Shown here: positions 13,430-26,510 of the stretch, piece after piece
How the letters are laid out: each line of letters opens with the position of its first letter
Numbering within the stretch: position 1 is the stretch's first letter
Source of the DNA: Malacoraja senta
Taxonomy: Eukaryota
Direction of reading: 5' to 3'
DNA length: 64,000 nucleotides
Assembly (NCBI GenBank): GCA_038087875.1
Contig: CM075992.1
Coordinates: 11,596,001-11,660,000 of the forward strand
Notes under the pieces: generated by a model
Told to the model about the DNA's origin: nothing
The model's input: only the letters and a program-made list of their open reading frames with translations
The model's database searches: none
Translations under genes and position numbers: made by a program

Positions 13430-16400
13430 AACCACTGGAAGTTAATGTACTGGTGCAGGGGGCAGTCAGGAAGGCAAACTATGTTGCTTTGCCCGCAAGA
13501 AGATTTTGTTTTAAGGCAGAAGGGGTAAGCCAGATAAGTACAGGCGAGTGAGCCTTGTGTCAGTGGTTGGGAACATATTAGAGGAAGTTCTGAGGGACAG
13601 AAAATATTTGGAAAGGCAGGAATGGTTAGGTTTGGTCAGCATGTATTTGTGTGGGGAAATTGTGATGGGGTTTTTCGAGGAGGCAACAGAGATTGATGAA
13701 GGAGGACAGAAGATGTTGCCCATATGGACTTCAGCAAGACATTTGACAAAGCCCCACATGTGGGCTGATCCAGAAGATTAAGGTGCAGAGAATCCTGAAG
13801 ACTTCAGTACATAGGTCGCAGGCAAGTGGGACTATTGTAGCTGGGACATTGTTGGCCGGTGTAGGGGAGTTGGGCTGAAGGGCCTGATTCCACACTGTAT
13901 CACCCTATGACTCTGACTCTGTCTGGGGCATAAACTGGAGCCACATTGCGCTTGGTGAGAGGATGCAGAGTGTAATGGTGAATGAGGTGTTTCTGACTGG
14001 GTGTGTATAAAGTGTTGCACCATAGGGATAGGTGCTGGGACCTTTGTTTGTACTAAATAAATAGGCATGGCCTAGATGGATACAGCACTAATGCAGGCAA
14101 ATGGCATTCTTGTATTGTAGATGGACACATAGGTTGGTACAGACATAAAACATTGAACAAAGAACAGTACATCACTGAAAGAGACCTTCATCCCACCATG
14201 TCTGCTCCGATCATGATGAAAACATAAAAATTCCCATCTGTCTGCACATGGTCTGTATCCCACCATTCCCTATCTTCTCATGTATTTGTTTCAATGCCCA
14301 TTAAACATGCTATCACATCTGCTTCCACCACATCCCCTGCACAAAGTACCAGGCACCCACCACATGCTGAATATAAAGGAGATCTTTTCTGGGAACAGGT
14401 GACCAAAACTGAACACAATACTCTAAATGTCTTGTACCAATGTCTTGTACAACTGCATTTTTAAAAATAAACATCTTCTCTATTATATCACCCAGTTTAG
14501 TGTCATCTACAAACTTACTCATCATGCCTTCACAATTCTCTGGCATGTCACTAGTCACAGACCTCCATTCTGAATGAGAACCTTCCACCATCACCCTCTG
14601 CTTCCTTTCACAAAGCTAATTCTCTATCCAGTCAGTTGGCTCTCCCTGGATCACATATGATCTAATGATCCATTGCAGCCTACCATGCGGAACCTCATCA
14701 AATCTCTTGCTGAAGCCAATGTAGACAATGTCTGTGGCTTTGCCCTTTTCAGCCTCTTTGATTACTTCAAAATATAATTAGATTGGTAAGTCACACTCTT
14801 CCATGTACCTAACCATGCAGACTAGCCCTGATTAGCTCCTGTCTAATGCATATATATCCTATCCCTCAGAATACTCTCTTCCTTCGAGCCCTTCTTAAAT
14901 AGAGACACACCCTTCAGCCTTGCGGCACCTCACCTGTGTGGTGAGGTGTTGGCACTCGAGGCCCTGAGCTGTAGGGAATGGTTGAGCAGGCTAGATCTTT
15001 ATTCCGTGAAACTCAGTAGGTAGAGGGGTGGTCTTGTGGAGGTGTATGACATCATGAGGGGAATAGGTAAGGTGAAAGCATATCTAGAGTTTATCCAGAG
15101 TACGAGAATCAAGAACCAGGCAACATTTCTTTGAGGTGAGAGGGGAAAGATAGGAACCTGAGGGGCGACTTTTCACAGACATACAACGGCCTGCCAGAGT
15201 GGATAGTTGAGACAGGTACTGGAATAAAATGTAAAAGACATTTGGACAGGTACATGGACAGGAGAGATGTACCAAACATGGACAGGTTGGACCAGTGTAG
15301 ATGGGGCACCTTGGTTGGCATGGGGTAGTTGGGCCGAAGGGCCTGTTTCATTGCTGTATGACCCTCTGACTCTAATATCAACGCACCCCTCCTGAACCTC
15401 AACATCATCCATGCCCTTCGTCTTGGGGAATGCTAATGTTAAGTACACATTAAGGACCTTGTCCATTTCTTTGGCTTTAGGCATAAATTCCCACTTTTGT
15501 TCTGGAGTGGACCTACCATTTTCCAAGTAACCCTTTCTCCTTACATACAAAATGCCTGGAAACTCTCCTCGACCTTATTTGCCAAACTACGTTTACTCAT
15601 CCTAATTTCTAGTTTAAGTAATTTCCTGATTTCTTCATATTCCTCAGGAACCATGACTGATTTCTGTTTCCTTTGATGGTGGGCCAAAGGTCCCATTTCT
15701 GTGCTGCACATCTCTGACTCTAAGACACAAATACGTGGGTGCATCAGCCGGGTTTCCCTATCCAAGGAAGAGAACACCTCTGACGTACTGATTGCAATGA
15801 AGGTTCACCAGTTTGATGCCGGGAGCAGGACCAGCAGACTGGGCCTCTACTCTCCAGAGTTGAGAAGAGTTGGATGCAATCCCATTAAAATATGTGAAAT
15901 TCCTATGGCGATAGAATAGATGCAAGGATAGTATTTCCCCTGGCAACCAGGGATCATAATTAGAGTGGCTAATGAAACTGTTGCCTCAGTTCCAGAGACC
16001 TGGGTTTGATCCCGACTTTGGGTGAAGCCTTTGTGGAGTTTGCACGTTCCACCTAAATCCACGCAAATCCCCTTTGGGTGCTGCAGTCTCCATCAACATC
16101 CCAAACACATGTAGGTTGATAGGTAGCTGCAAATTATCCCATGAATGATAGCATAGAACATGGAACAGTACAATACAGGAATGGGACTTGGGGATCTGGA
16201 GCAGTTGATGGAAATTTTGGGAAGAGAAAGAGGGATCAGTGTAGGATTGGGATAAATGGGTGCTTGATGGTTGACCTCATGGGATGAAGGGCCTGTTCCC
16301 ATGCTGCATGTGGAGATGGGAAGAAATATCTTCACTTAGTGGGTGGAGAACCTTTGCAATCCTCTCCCCAAGTGGGTTTTGCAGGCTCAGTCGCTGAGTG

Positions 16401-16550
16401 TTTTCAGACAGAGATGGATATCAAAGATATGGGGAAAATAGGGTCAGTGCAAAAAAATGGTTGTGAGGTTGTAGGTTGGTCATGGTCCAACTGAATGTTA
16501 GAATAGGTGCAAGGGGTCGAATGGCCTCCTCCGGCAACCATGTTTATTCC
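13430..16550. mobile_element. Cluster of old CR1 and SINE fragments in both orientations
   Basis: Degenerate CR1 motifs ([15 protein letters not shown]), gggccgaagggcctgt tails, SINE head near 15960. Confidence 0.65.
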
Positions 16551-16616
16551 TGTCACAGAAACTCAATGTGCTCTGAGTGCAATGTCTGCAAAAAAATCTA
16601 CAGTTTTCGTACTTAC

Positions 16617-16837
16617 TACTTGTCTGTTCCATATCCCTGGGAAAACACGGCTGCTGAGATGCCAACAGTAATCAGGGGGCAACCGTAGCCAAACAAGTAC
16701 ATGTACGTTGGTCTCAGACTCTTTGCATTGAAGACTTTCACTAGCATGAGGTAAAGCTGCACACCTTCCAGGAGCATCCAGGAAAAACAGGACAGGAATA
16801 ATTAATGCAGGAATCCAGCGATGATGGCACAAAGAGT
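16617..16837 (-). CDS. ADGRE-like exon, TM3-TM4, contains premature stop
   Basis: Manual translation TLCAIIAGFLH*LFLSCFSWMLLEGVQLYLMLVKVFNAKSLRPTYMYLFGYGCPLITVGISAAVFSQGYGTDK; cttccag acceptor, gtaagt donor; 221 bp. Confidence 0.93.
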
Positions 16838-16879
16838 CTGGAAGTGATGCAAGTGAACAACAAGGGATTAATGAGCCTG

Positions 16880-17040
16880 AGCTGGGCTGCACAGGGTGGT
16901 AAACTGGCTGGTTCACTGGGTCGATATACTGGGCCTGCGCGCTGAGTCAGTATATTGGGTTGGTATACTGGGCCGGTACACTAGGTCATTACACTGGATC
17001 AGTGCACTGGGCCAGGACACTTGGTTGGTTGTACACTGCA
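16880..17040. repeat. Degenerate ~14-bp minisatellite (core tacactgg)
   Basis: Repeated aaactggc/cactggg/tactggg/tacactgg units. Confidence 0.65.
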
Positions 17041-17459
17041 GTTTCAGTTTAGTTCATTGTCACATGTACCGAGGGACAGTGAGAAGCTTTTGTTACATGC
17101 TAACCAGCCAGCGGAAAGACAATACATGATTACAATTGAATCTGTACACTGTGAGCCATACACAGTGTGTGGATAAATGATAAGGGATATAAGGGATAAT
17201 GCATTGGTACGAAGATACATTTCACTGACCACTCAAGTTAAACTAACTGCCTGTGGTTTCCTATCGTGTCCCTTGCTCCTTTGCTAAAGTAGCATGGATT
17301 CTGTTTGGTCCCCTCCAAAGTGGCAACTCCATTATGTTGAATTCTGGAGACAGCATCAATGCACTCACTATTTTCACTATGACTTCCGTTGGTCTGTTTC
17401 CGTGCTGGATGACGTTCTGTAAGGTTTGTCGTTTATATTGATCCACGACTTCCTCATCA

Positions 17460-18010
17460 CCAGATTGCAATCAGTCCAGATTGCAACAACACTTGCTCCT
17501 CGATGGCCATCAACACAGGGCACCTCAGGGCAGTGAGCTCAATCCCCTGCTCTACTCACTTATTTCTACTGTGAAATTCTTACATGGCAGCCATAACAGC
17601 TGTGTAAACACAGAACTCATAGGTAATACAATAAACAAAAGTTCAATAAATTACAAAAAAACAATATTAGTGCAAAACAAAAACTGAAATTACTTGGTGC
17701 AATCAAGACAGTTCATAGTTTGTAGTTTAGTTGGAGTTTGTAGTGTTCAAATGCCTGGAGGTTGTTGGGAAGAAGCTGTTCCTGAACAGCCTGAGGTCAT
17801 AGTTTCAGACTCCCAAACCTTTTCCCAATGGGGGAAGTGAAATGAGAGCGTGGCCAGGTGGTGTGGGTTCTTGATGATACTGGCTGCCTCTTTGAGGCAA
17901 CGCCTCCTATAGATCACTTCAATGGTGGGGAGGTCAGTACCCATGATGGACCAGGCTGTGTTCACCATTATTGTGTTCTCCTTCCTTCCTAGGTGTTCAA
18001 ATTGCCGAAC
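17460..18010. mobile_element. Old Rex/Babar LINE fragments
   Basis: GAPQG-like caggggcacctcagggc on plus; RCLKEAASIIKNPHH on minus. Confidence 0.65.
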
Positions 18011-18101
18011 CAGTCCATAACGCAACCAGTCAACTTCAGGAAAGCTAGGGATCCATGAACCTGTCTTCTTTAATGAGGCAACAGAACAAAGAGTCAACAG
18101 C

Positions 18102-18319
18102 AGACACAAAATGTTGGAGTAACTCAGCGGGACAGGCAGCATCTCTGGGGAGGAGGGATAGGTGTCATTTCGGGTCAAGACCCTTCTTCAGACTGAAGGG
18201 TCTCAATCCGAAACTTCACCTATTCCTTTTCGCCAGAGATGCTGCCTGTCCCGCTGAGTTCCTCCAGCATTTTGTGTCTACCTTCGATTTAAACCAGCAT
18301 CTGCAGTTCTTTCCTACAC
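18102..18319. mobile_element. Fold-back Penelope pLTR-derived insertion with hammerhead-like motifs
   Basis: Palindromic about ~18190; TSD agagtcaacagc at 18090..18101 and 18320..18331. Confidence 0.75.
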
Positions 18320-18527
18320 AGAGTCAACAGCTTCAGGTACCTGGACGTGTGTATCTGTGAAGGCCTGTCCTGGGCCCAGTGTCTTGATGCATCACAAAGA
18401 AAACTTATCATTGTCTTTACTTCTATGTTGAATACTTTTTTGAATTCTCTTCTATGGCAGAGAGCACTCTAACATGGAGTTATAGAGTCATACAACATGG
18501 AAACAGGGCCTTCGGCCCAATAGCATA

Positions 18528-19117
18528 TTTCAATTTCAATTTCAATTTCAATTCAATTTCAATTCAACTTTAATGTCATTGCACAAATACTGAGTATGGG
18601 TACAACGAAATGCAGTTTTGCGTCAGTCCGTAGTAGTAGTGCAATATAGAAATTAAAAAAAAAGAGGATACAGAATAATCAAAAATACAGAATAATTAAC
18701 AATGGGGACGGAGGGACCGGAGGAATCTATCGGCGGGACTCCGAGTTCAGCAATGCGACGGTATAATTGTAGAAGCTGTTCCTCATCCTACTGGTACGAG
18801 ACCTGAGGCTCCTGTACCGCCTCCCTGATGGGAGGAGGGCAAACAGTCCATGGTTGGGGTGGGAGGGGTCTTTGATGATCTTCCCAGCCCGTTTCAGACA
18901 CCGTTTTCGGTGGAGGGCATCCATGGCAGGGAGCGGGGCACCGATGATGTGCTGCGCGGTTTTCACCACCCGTTGTAGTGCCTTCCTGTCCGCAACAGTG
19001 CAGCTGCTGTACCATACCGTGAAGCAGGTGGTCAGGATGCTCTCGATGGTACACTGGTAGAAGTTGGTCAGGATCTGGGGGGTCAGGTGGGCTTTCTTGA
19101 GCCTCCTCAGGTAGTAA
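18528..19117 (-). mobile_element. Young Rex/Babar LINE 3' end
   Basis: ORF 18727..19128 LRRLKK...FYQCTIESILT...LQRVVKTAQ; (ttgaa)n tail. Confidence 0.85.
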
Positions 19118-19169
19118 ATTCCAACCAACTTGCCTCATCTGCACTAGTCCCATGAGCCAGTGATAATAG

Positions 19170-19940
19170 AAAATAGACAATAGACAATAGGTGCAGGAGT
19201 AAGCCATTCGGCCCTTTGAGCCAGCACCACCATTCAGTGTGATCATGGCTGATCATCCACAATCAGTTCCCCGTTCCTGCCTTCTCCCCATATCCCCTAT
19301 CCTCAAGGGCCCTATCTAGCTCTCTCTTGAAAGTATCCAGAGAACTGGCCTCCACTGCCCTCTGAGGCAGAGAATTCCACAGACTCACAACTCTCTGTGT
19401 GAAAAAAGTGTTTCCTTATCTCCGTTCTAAATGTCTTACCCCTTATTCTTAAACTGTGGCCCTTGGTTCTGGACTCCCCCAACATCGGGAACATGTTTCC
19501 TGCCTCTAGTGTGTCCAATCCCTGAATAATCTTATGTTTCAATAAGATCCCTTCTCATCCTTCTAAATTCCAGAGTATACAAGCCCAGATGCTACATTTT
19601 ATCAACATATGACAGTCCCGCCATCCCGAGAATTAACCTGGTGAACCTACGCTGCAGTCCCTCAATAGCAAGAATGTCCTTCCTCAAATTTGGAGACCAA
19701 AACTGCACACAATACACCAGGCGTTGCCTCACTAGGGCCCTGTATCACTGCAGAAGGACCTCTTTGCTCCTATACTCAAATCCTCTTGTTATGAAGGCCA
19801 ATATGCCATTCACTTTCTTCACTGCCTGCTGTACCTGCATGCTTTCAGTGACTGATGAACAAGGACCCCCAGATCCCATTGTACTTTCCCTTTTCCGAAC
19901 ATGACACCATTTGGGTAATAATCTGCCTTCCTGTTTTTGC
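19170..19940 (-). mobile_element. CR1 3' fragment
   Basis: ORFs 19312..19542 and 19745..19948. Confidence 0.85.
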
Positions 19941-20387
19941 CACTTCACCCTTCTCTAAATCTTTCCCTTCCATGGCATATAAATGTAGTTATGTTTCCTG
20001 TCTCAACCTACTCTGGCAGCTTGTTCCATATACCCACCCTCCTCTGTGTGGAAAAAATTGCCCTCAGGTTCCTATTAAATGTTTCCCTTCTCACCTTAAA
20101 CCTATGTCATCTGGTTCTTGATTCCCCTATTCTAGATAAAAACTATGTGTTCATCCTAATTAAACTCCTTGGCCCACTTACCCAGCTGATTATTGACAAC
20201 CGTATTTACTATATGATACCACCTATTTTAATGGCATCTTCAAACTTACTAATCATGCCTTGTTTTCATTACTAATCATCTCATACAAATTGCTAATATA
20301 AACTACAAACAGAATGGGCCCAGCATCGATCCGTGAGGCAACACACTCCCTGCTCACATCCATGAAACCAATTCTATATCCAGTTAG

Positions 20388-20606
20388 ACTCAAAAGGCTG
20401 GAGTAACTTAGCGGGTCAAACAGCATCTCTGGAGAAAAGGAATAGGTGACGTTTCGGGTCGAGTGTGAAAAAGGGTCTCGACCCGAAACGTCACTCGAAA
20501 CGTCACCTATTCCTTTTCTCCAGAAATGCTGTCTGACCCGCTGAGTTACTCCAGCTTTTTGTGTCTATCTTCGGTTTAAACCAGCATCTGCAGTTCCTTC
20601 TTACAC
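20388..20606. mobile_element. Fold-back Penelope pLTR-derived insertion
   Basis: Palindromic about ~20465; 17-bp TSD attctatatccagttag at 20371..20387 and 20607..20623. Confidence 0.78.
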
Positions 20607-21436
20607 ATTCTATATCCAGTTAGCTGGCTCTCCCTGGATCCCACGTTATCGAACCTTCCAATGAAGCCTACGATGGAGAACCTTACACTGGGCCCTGCTA
20701 AAGTCCATAGAGACTATTGATACAACTCTGCCCCCAACCTTGGTTATTTCATTTTAAAAATTCAATCAAAAACAAATGCATCAAATCCTCTTCTGTATCT
20801 TCATTGCTCTATAGTTCCAAGGTTTTTCTTTGCAGCCCTTTTTAAATAGTGGCACAACATTAGCCACCTTCAAGTCTTCTGGCACCTCACCCTTGTCTAA
20901 TGATGATTTATATATCTTAGCCAGGGCTCTTGCAATTTAATCTTCAGCATCCCACTGTATCCTTGTCTATATCTGATTAGGACCAGGAGAGTTATCTACC
21001 TTCATACGTCATAGGATGTTTAGCCCTTCTTTGACTGTTATGCAAACTGTCCATTAAGTTTCAAAGCTCCCAAGTGTTCATAAAACACAGATCAGTGCAG
21101 CAAAAGGACAGGCCCTTCGTTACACGATGTCTGTGCTGAGCATGATGCCAAGACTATCCCTTATCTATCTGCGCATAATCCATATCCCTCCATTCCCTGC
21201 ATATCCATATCTCTAGTCAAAAGCCTCATAAATGCCATTATTGTATCTGCCTCAACCACCAACCCTGGCAGTGCAATCCAGGCACTAACCACCCTCTGTG
21301 TAAAACAAAAGTTGCCCAGTGGATCTGCTTTAAATGTTGCCCTTTCACGTTAAAGCTATGCTCTCTAGTATTTGATTTCTTTCATCCTGGTACAAAGGTT
21401 CTGAGTGCCTGCCCTATCTAAGCCTCTCATCATTTT

Positions 21437-22196
21437 AGAATAGAATAGAAGAAGAAGAATCGAATGCCTTTTATTGTCATTCACACAACTTGGTTTGAAC
21501 GAAATTGCATTTTCTACAGTCTTACATTACAAAAAAACCCAAGACCTACACTTAACACAGTTTACACAAACATCCATCACAGTGAATCTCCAACACCTCC
21601 TCACTGTGATGGAAGGCAAAGTCTTATCTCTTCCCTTTGTTCTTCTACCGCATTCCAGCAGTCCAACTGCAGCGTCGAGGTGAACTGGGACTCCGATGTT
21701 AAAGCCCCTGGCGGGCGATGGTAAGTCCTATGTCCGTTTATGCCACGCCGGACGATGTTAGGCCCCAGCTCCGTGTCCTTTAAACCCCGCGATTCCAGCG
21801 GTCTCCCACCAGGGACCTGGAGCTCCCGATGTTCCTGTCCACCGGGCCTGCGGCCGGAGCCTCCGAAGCTCCGAAGTCAGGTCGCAGCCGAGCGCCACCA
21901 CAGCTCTCCCCGCTCCGAAGTCGGGTCGTAGCCGAGCGCCACCACAGCTCTCCCCGCTCCGAAGTCAGGTCGCAGCCGAGCGCCACCACACCTCTCCCCG
22001 CTCCGAAGAAAGTCGGGTCCACAAACGGGGAAGAGACTAACGGTTTCCCCCACTCCCCCCCCACTCCCCACATATACACAGCTAAAGAAAATTAATAAAA
22101 ACTAGACTCAAGACATACATTTAACAAGACATAAATTAAAAAGAAGACAGACGGACTGTAGTCGAGCCGCTGCCGATAGGCGCCACCACACCACGT
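21437..22196 (-). mobile_element. Full-length hairpin-family short retroposon
   Basis: GC-rich head ggcgcc...gcagcggctcg..cagtccgtctg, hairpin at ~21575-21611, aatgacaataaa + simple-repeat tail. Confidence 0.65.
21869..22000. repeat. 3 x 44-bp tandem repeat inside the retroposon
   Basis: Unit ctccgaagtcaggtcgcagccgagcgccaccacagctctccccg at 21869, 21913, 21957. Confidence 0.9.
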
Positions 22197-22734
22197 ATTT
22201 TATGTACATCCATCAGGTTTTCCCGCAGCCTCGGAATTCCAGAGAAAACAATCCAAGTCTGTCCAACCTCTCCATGTAGCTCCTAATCCTGGCAACAATC
22301 TGGTAAACTTCCTCTGCCCCCTTTCCAAAGCCTCCACATCCTTCCTGCAATAGGGCGACCAGAACTTCACACAATATTCCAAATGTGGCCTTACCAAAGT
22401 CCTATGAAGCTGTACCATGATTTCCTGACTTATACCCAATGGCCTGACCTATGAGGAGGTGACAAACGTGGTCGATAAGGGTAGGGTGGTGGATGTTGTC
22501 TACATGGATTTTAGTAAGGTGAGCTTGTACTCAGGCATTGTCTTCAGTTTAGGAAAGATTTCATTAAGCTGACACAAGATAGCAAAGTGGGTTTATGAGG
22601 ATGTTGTTGGGACCCAAGTTCTAGAGCTACAGAGGGAGTTGGGCAGGCTAGGGCCTTAATCCTTGGAGCGCAGGAGGCTGACGGATGATCTTACAGAGAT
22701 GTATAAAGTCATGGCGAGTAGATAGAGTGAATGT

Positions 22735-23015
22735 TTAGTTGAGTTTAAAGAAACAGCATGGAAACAGGCCCTTCAGCTCACCGAGTCCACATCGACCATC
22801 GATCATCCCTACGCTAGTCCTATGTTATCCTACACACTTGGTGGAATTTACAGAAGCCAATCACGAACGTCTTTGGAATGTGGTTGGAAACTGGAGCACC
22901 CACGCGGTCACAGGGAGAACGTACAAACTCCACAGAGACAGCACTCGTTGTCAGGATTGAACCTGGGTTTCCGGCGCTGTGAGGCAACAGCTCTAACGCT
23001 GCGTCACTGTGCTAC
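22735..23015 (-). mobile_element. HE1/V-SINE-type SINE
   Basis: RC of tRNA head and V-domain, CR1-like tail. Confidence 0.72.
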
Positions 23016-24229
23016 CCCTGCACAGTGTTTTTCCCATCAGGCATTTAACAACTAGAGAGCTTAGGTTTAAGGAGGGACGGGAAAGAGTTAATAGGAAACT
23101 GAGGGACAATGCTTTCACACAGAGGGTACTGGATATATGGAACAAACTGCCAGAGGAAGTGGCGAGGCAGCATTTATGAAGCTCAATGTCCTTTCATAAA
23201 CTGTGCTGGGTTGGAGCAGGCATCTGCTGCTGACCACAGTTCAGTACAATATGGGCGAGGACAACTTTCTCTCACTGGCCTTCTCTATCTCTACAGCTGA
23301 GTTGGTTTGTGCGCACGTGTGGTTTTCACCAGTTCTGCTCTGACAGCTCTATATCTATGGTCTAATTTGAGAGATGGAGAAAGTGATGTTATCATCCTGG
23401 GTGGACCAAACCATACACTAAATAAAACTTGCTACTTACTGTATAATCTTACAGATCGCTTCGAGAATGTAGAAAATAGGAAATAACAAGATGTACTGAA
23501 CCAGATCCATTTATGATTCATCATGTTGCAGAAGGACAACACATATCTTCATATATGTAGTACAGCTGATGTATAGAAACATCTCTGAATCACTCACAGT
23601 AGAATGAAAGAAGTTCAACAAAGTTTCTCACAGATCTTGGGACAGTTCAAGTCATGGAGTCGTTGAGTCGTACAGCACGGAAACTGGCCGTTCAGCCCAA
23701 CTTGCCCATGACGACCCAGATGCCCTATCTGCACTTGTCTCACTTGCTCACGTTTGGTCCATATCCCTCGAAACCTTTCCTACCCAGGTATCTGTCTAAA
23801 TTGTGTTCAAATGTTGTTACAGTATCTGCCTCAACTACCCCTCTGGCAGTCCAGTCCGCTCCATATATCTACCTCCGTCTGTATGAAAAAGTTGCCTTCC
23901 AGATTCCTATTAAATGCCCTCTAATCTGAAAATGATGTCCTCTGGTTATTGATTCCACTACTCTGGGGGAAAGATTGTGCATTCACCTCTATTTCCCCCA
24001 TGATCTTATACACCTCCATAAGATCACCCCTCAGCCTCCTGCGTTCCAAGGAATCAAATCCGAGCCTGCCTAACTTCCCTTCATAGCTCAGGCCTCCAAC
24101 TCCTGGCATCATCCTTGTAAATCCTCTCTGCACTCTTTCCACCTTAACGACATCGATCCTATGCTGACAAAAACTGAACACAACTCTCCAAATGTGGCCA
24201 CACGAACATCTTGTACAATTGTAATATAG

Positions 24230-25050
24230 ACACTGTCCCCTACTGCCAATTTCTCTCTAAATCAGCTCCCAAGAGGAGACTTTCCATCCAATGACATCCA
24301 AGATGTCCTCATTCTGTAGTAAATGTGGATTCCTCCTGCTGTCATAGACAGATCCCTCACCTGCGCCTCCTCAGTTTCCAGTAGTTTTGCTCTTCCCACT
24401 CCTTCTCCCCAGACTGAACAAGAATAGAGTTTCCCTGGTCCACTCCATTCACCCCCCCCCCCCACAGCTTCCACATCCAACACTTATTTCGCTGACATTT
24501 CCATCACCTCCAATGTGATCCCATGTAGTTACATCTTCCCATCTCCACCCCTTTCTGCCTCCCACAGAGACAGCTCCCTCTTCTATTCCTTGGTTCACTC
24601 ATCCCTTCCCACCCAAATCACCCGCTTCCCAGGTACCTTCCCCTGTAACCGCAGGAGATGTAACACCTGTCCCTAAAGCTCTTCCCTCACATCAACCCAG
24701 GACCCCAGCAATCCTTGTAGTTGAGATGAAGTTGAGTCACGTGACCAACCTCATCTTCTGTGTGTAGGAAGGAACTGCAGATTCTGATTTGAACCAAAGA
24801 TTTACACATAAACGTCACCTATTTTCCCCCTCCATAGATGCTGCCTGTCCCGCTGAGTTACTCCTGCTTTTTGTGTCTCATCCTCTGTTCCAGATGTGGC
24901 CTCCTTTACATCGGCGAGACCAAGTGTAGAATCGGCCGACTGTTTCGCTGAACACTTGTGCTCATACTAAACCATGGACTACTGGATTTCCCGGTTGCTA
25001 ACCATTCCTGTTCCTACACTGACCTTTCTGCCCTGGGCCTCCTCTTTCGC
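24230..25050 (+). mobile_element. Decayed Penelope-like element (GIY-YIG region) with pLTR insert
   Basis: tgtaaccgcaggagatgtaacacctgt (CNRRRCNTC), tacatcggcgagaccaag (YIGETK); homologous to 50378..51617. Confidence 0.8.
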
Positions 25051-25587
25051 CATCTGGTTCTTGATTCCCCTATTCTAGATAAAATACTATGTACTCATCC
25101 TAATTGAACTCCATTAATCATTCCTTGGTCCACTTACCCAGCTGATTATTGACAACCTTATTTACTATCTATGATACCATGTATTTTAATGGCATCTTCA
25201 AACTTACTAATCATGCCTTTGCATATTCTCATACAAATTGTTCATATAAACTTTTTCAGACAGGTCTCGACCTGAAACATCACCGATTCCTTCTCTCCAG
25301 AGATACTGCCTGTCCCGCTGAGTTACTCCAGTTTTTGTGTCTATCTTCGGTTTAAACCAGCATCTGCAGTTCCTTCTTACACACTAATGGATTGGTACAT
25401 TGGGTTGTACACTGGATGATGCACTGGATTATACACTGGACCATTACACTGTTGGGGCCAAACAGTAGCATGTGTTGAATGCAGTAATGAACAGTGATGT
25501 GGCTCACTGCCCATCCTGGTGTCGTGCACCAAGGCCTGTTCCTGAGTGAGATCACCGGGAGAGTTGGACACCATTTTCTTTACCTAC

Positions 25588-25788
25588 CCGATATTCGGTC
25601 TTGTCCATTCCAACGATGATCAGCAGTTCTGCCAAAAAGAGGCTGATGCACAGGTGAGTGTGGATGGTGGTCCTGATACTTTTAAGGGCCCGACACAGGG
25701 TGAAGGTGAGGACTGACAGCGCAAGGCAAACCAGAGAGACAAGAACGCCGACCAGAGTGATCAGACGCAGATTGTGAGCATCATTCCC
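25588..25788 (-). CDS. ADGRE-like exon, TM1-TM2
   Basis: GNDAHNLRLITLVGVLVSLVCLALSVLTFTLCRALKSIRTTIHTHLCISLFLAELLIIVGMDKTEYR; ctccacag acceptor, gtaggt donor; 201 bp. Confidence 0.95.
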
Positions 25789-26184
25789 CTGTGGAGAAAA
25801 GAGCCATTGTAAATGAGGGCAATGTTTGAGGCATTCAGACAGACACATGAACAGTGGGGATGGCTGGTTACAGACCACATGTGGGGGATGTGTGGTTTAA
25901 ATTGGTATCATGATCGGCACCAACTTTGTGGCTGCAGAACCTGTTTCTGCACTGTTTAAAATTCTATTTTCATGAATTCCATTCATACAAATTTCATCCT
26001 TGAAACCATACCTGAAAAATAGCCAAGGTTAGCAGAAATTAGAATGAATGAATCTTTTCCAGGCTGTAAGTCTGCAACGAGGGTGCATTCAGGTCAGTTC
26101 TTGGATTAGGCTAGTTGGAATTGATATTAATGACCTGGGGGCGAGGACTCAGTGTCATGTTTGCCGATAAGATTATAATAGATT

Positions 26185-26510
26185 TCAGTTTTGTTTAGAG
26201 ATACAGCATGGAAACAGGCACTTCGGCCCATCGAGTCTGCGCCGACCAGCGATGCCCGCACATTAATGCTATCCTACACATACTAGCGACAATTTACACT
26301 TGTACCAAGTATACAAACCCAAGACAATTAACCTCCAAACCTGTACGGCTTTGTAGTGTTGGAGGAAAACGAAACTTGGAGAAAGCCCACGTGGTCACGG
26401 GGAGAACGTACAAACCCCGAACAGACGGCACCCATAGTCAGGATCGAACCCGTGTCTCTGGTGCTGCAAGCGCTGTAAGGCAGCAACTCTACCGCTGCAC
26501 CACTGTGGCA
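26185..26510 (-). mobile_element. HE1/V-SINE-type SINE
   Basis: RC of ggttcgatcctgact, V-domain, gggccgaag...tgctgtatctctaaac tail. Confidence 0.78.

Noticed and set aside
17261..17470. Minus ORF that could be an extra ADGRE exon
   Set aside because: Nucleotide sequence matches an ancient CR1 RT segment (EIV.AL...NYR.VSL region); the flanking TM exons already join in phase
21869..22000. CRISPR-like array
   Set aside because: Head-to-tail repeats without spacers, eukaryotic context
23190..23650. Unique intronic stretch with a plus-strand acceptor-like site
   Set aside because: No sustained reading frame or recognisable motif
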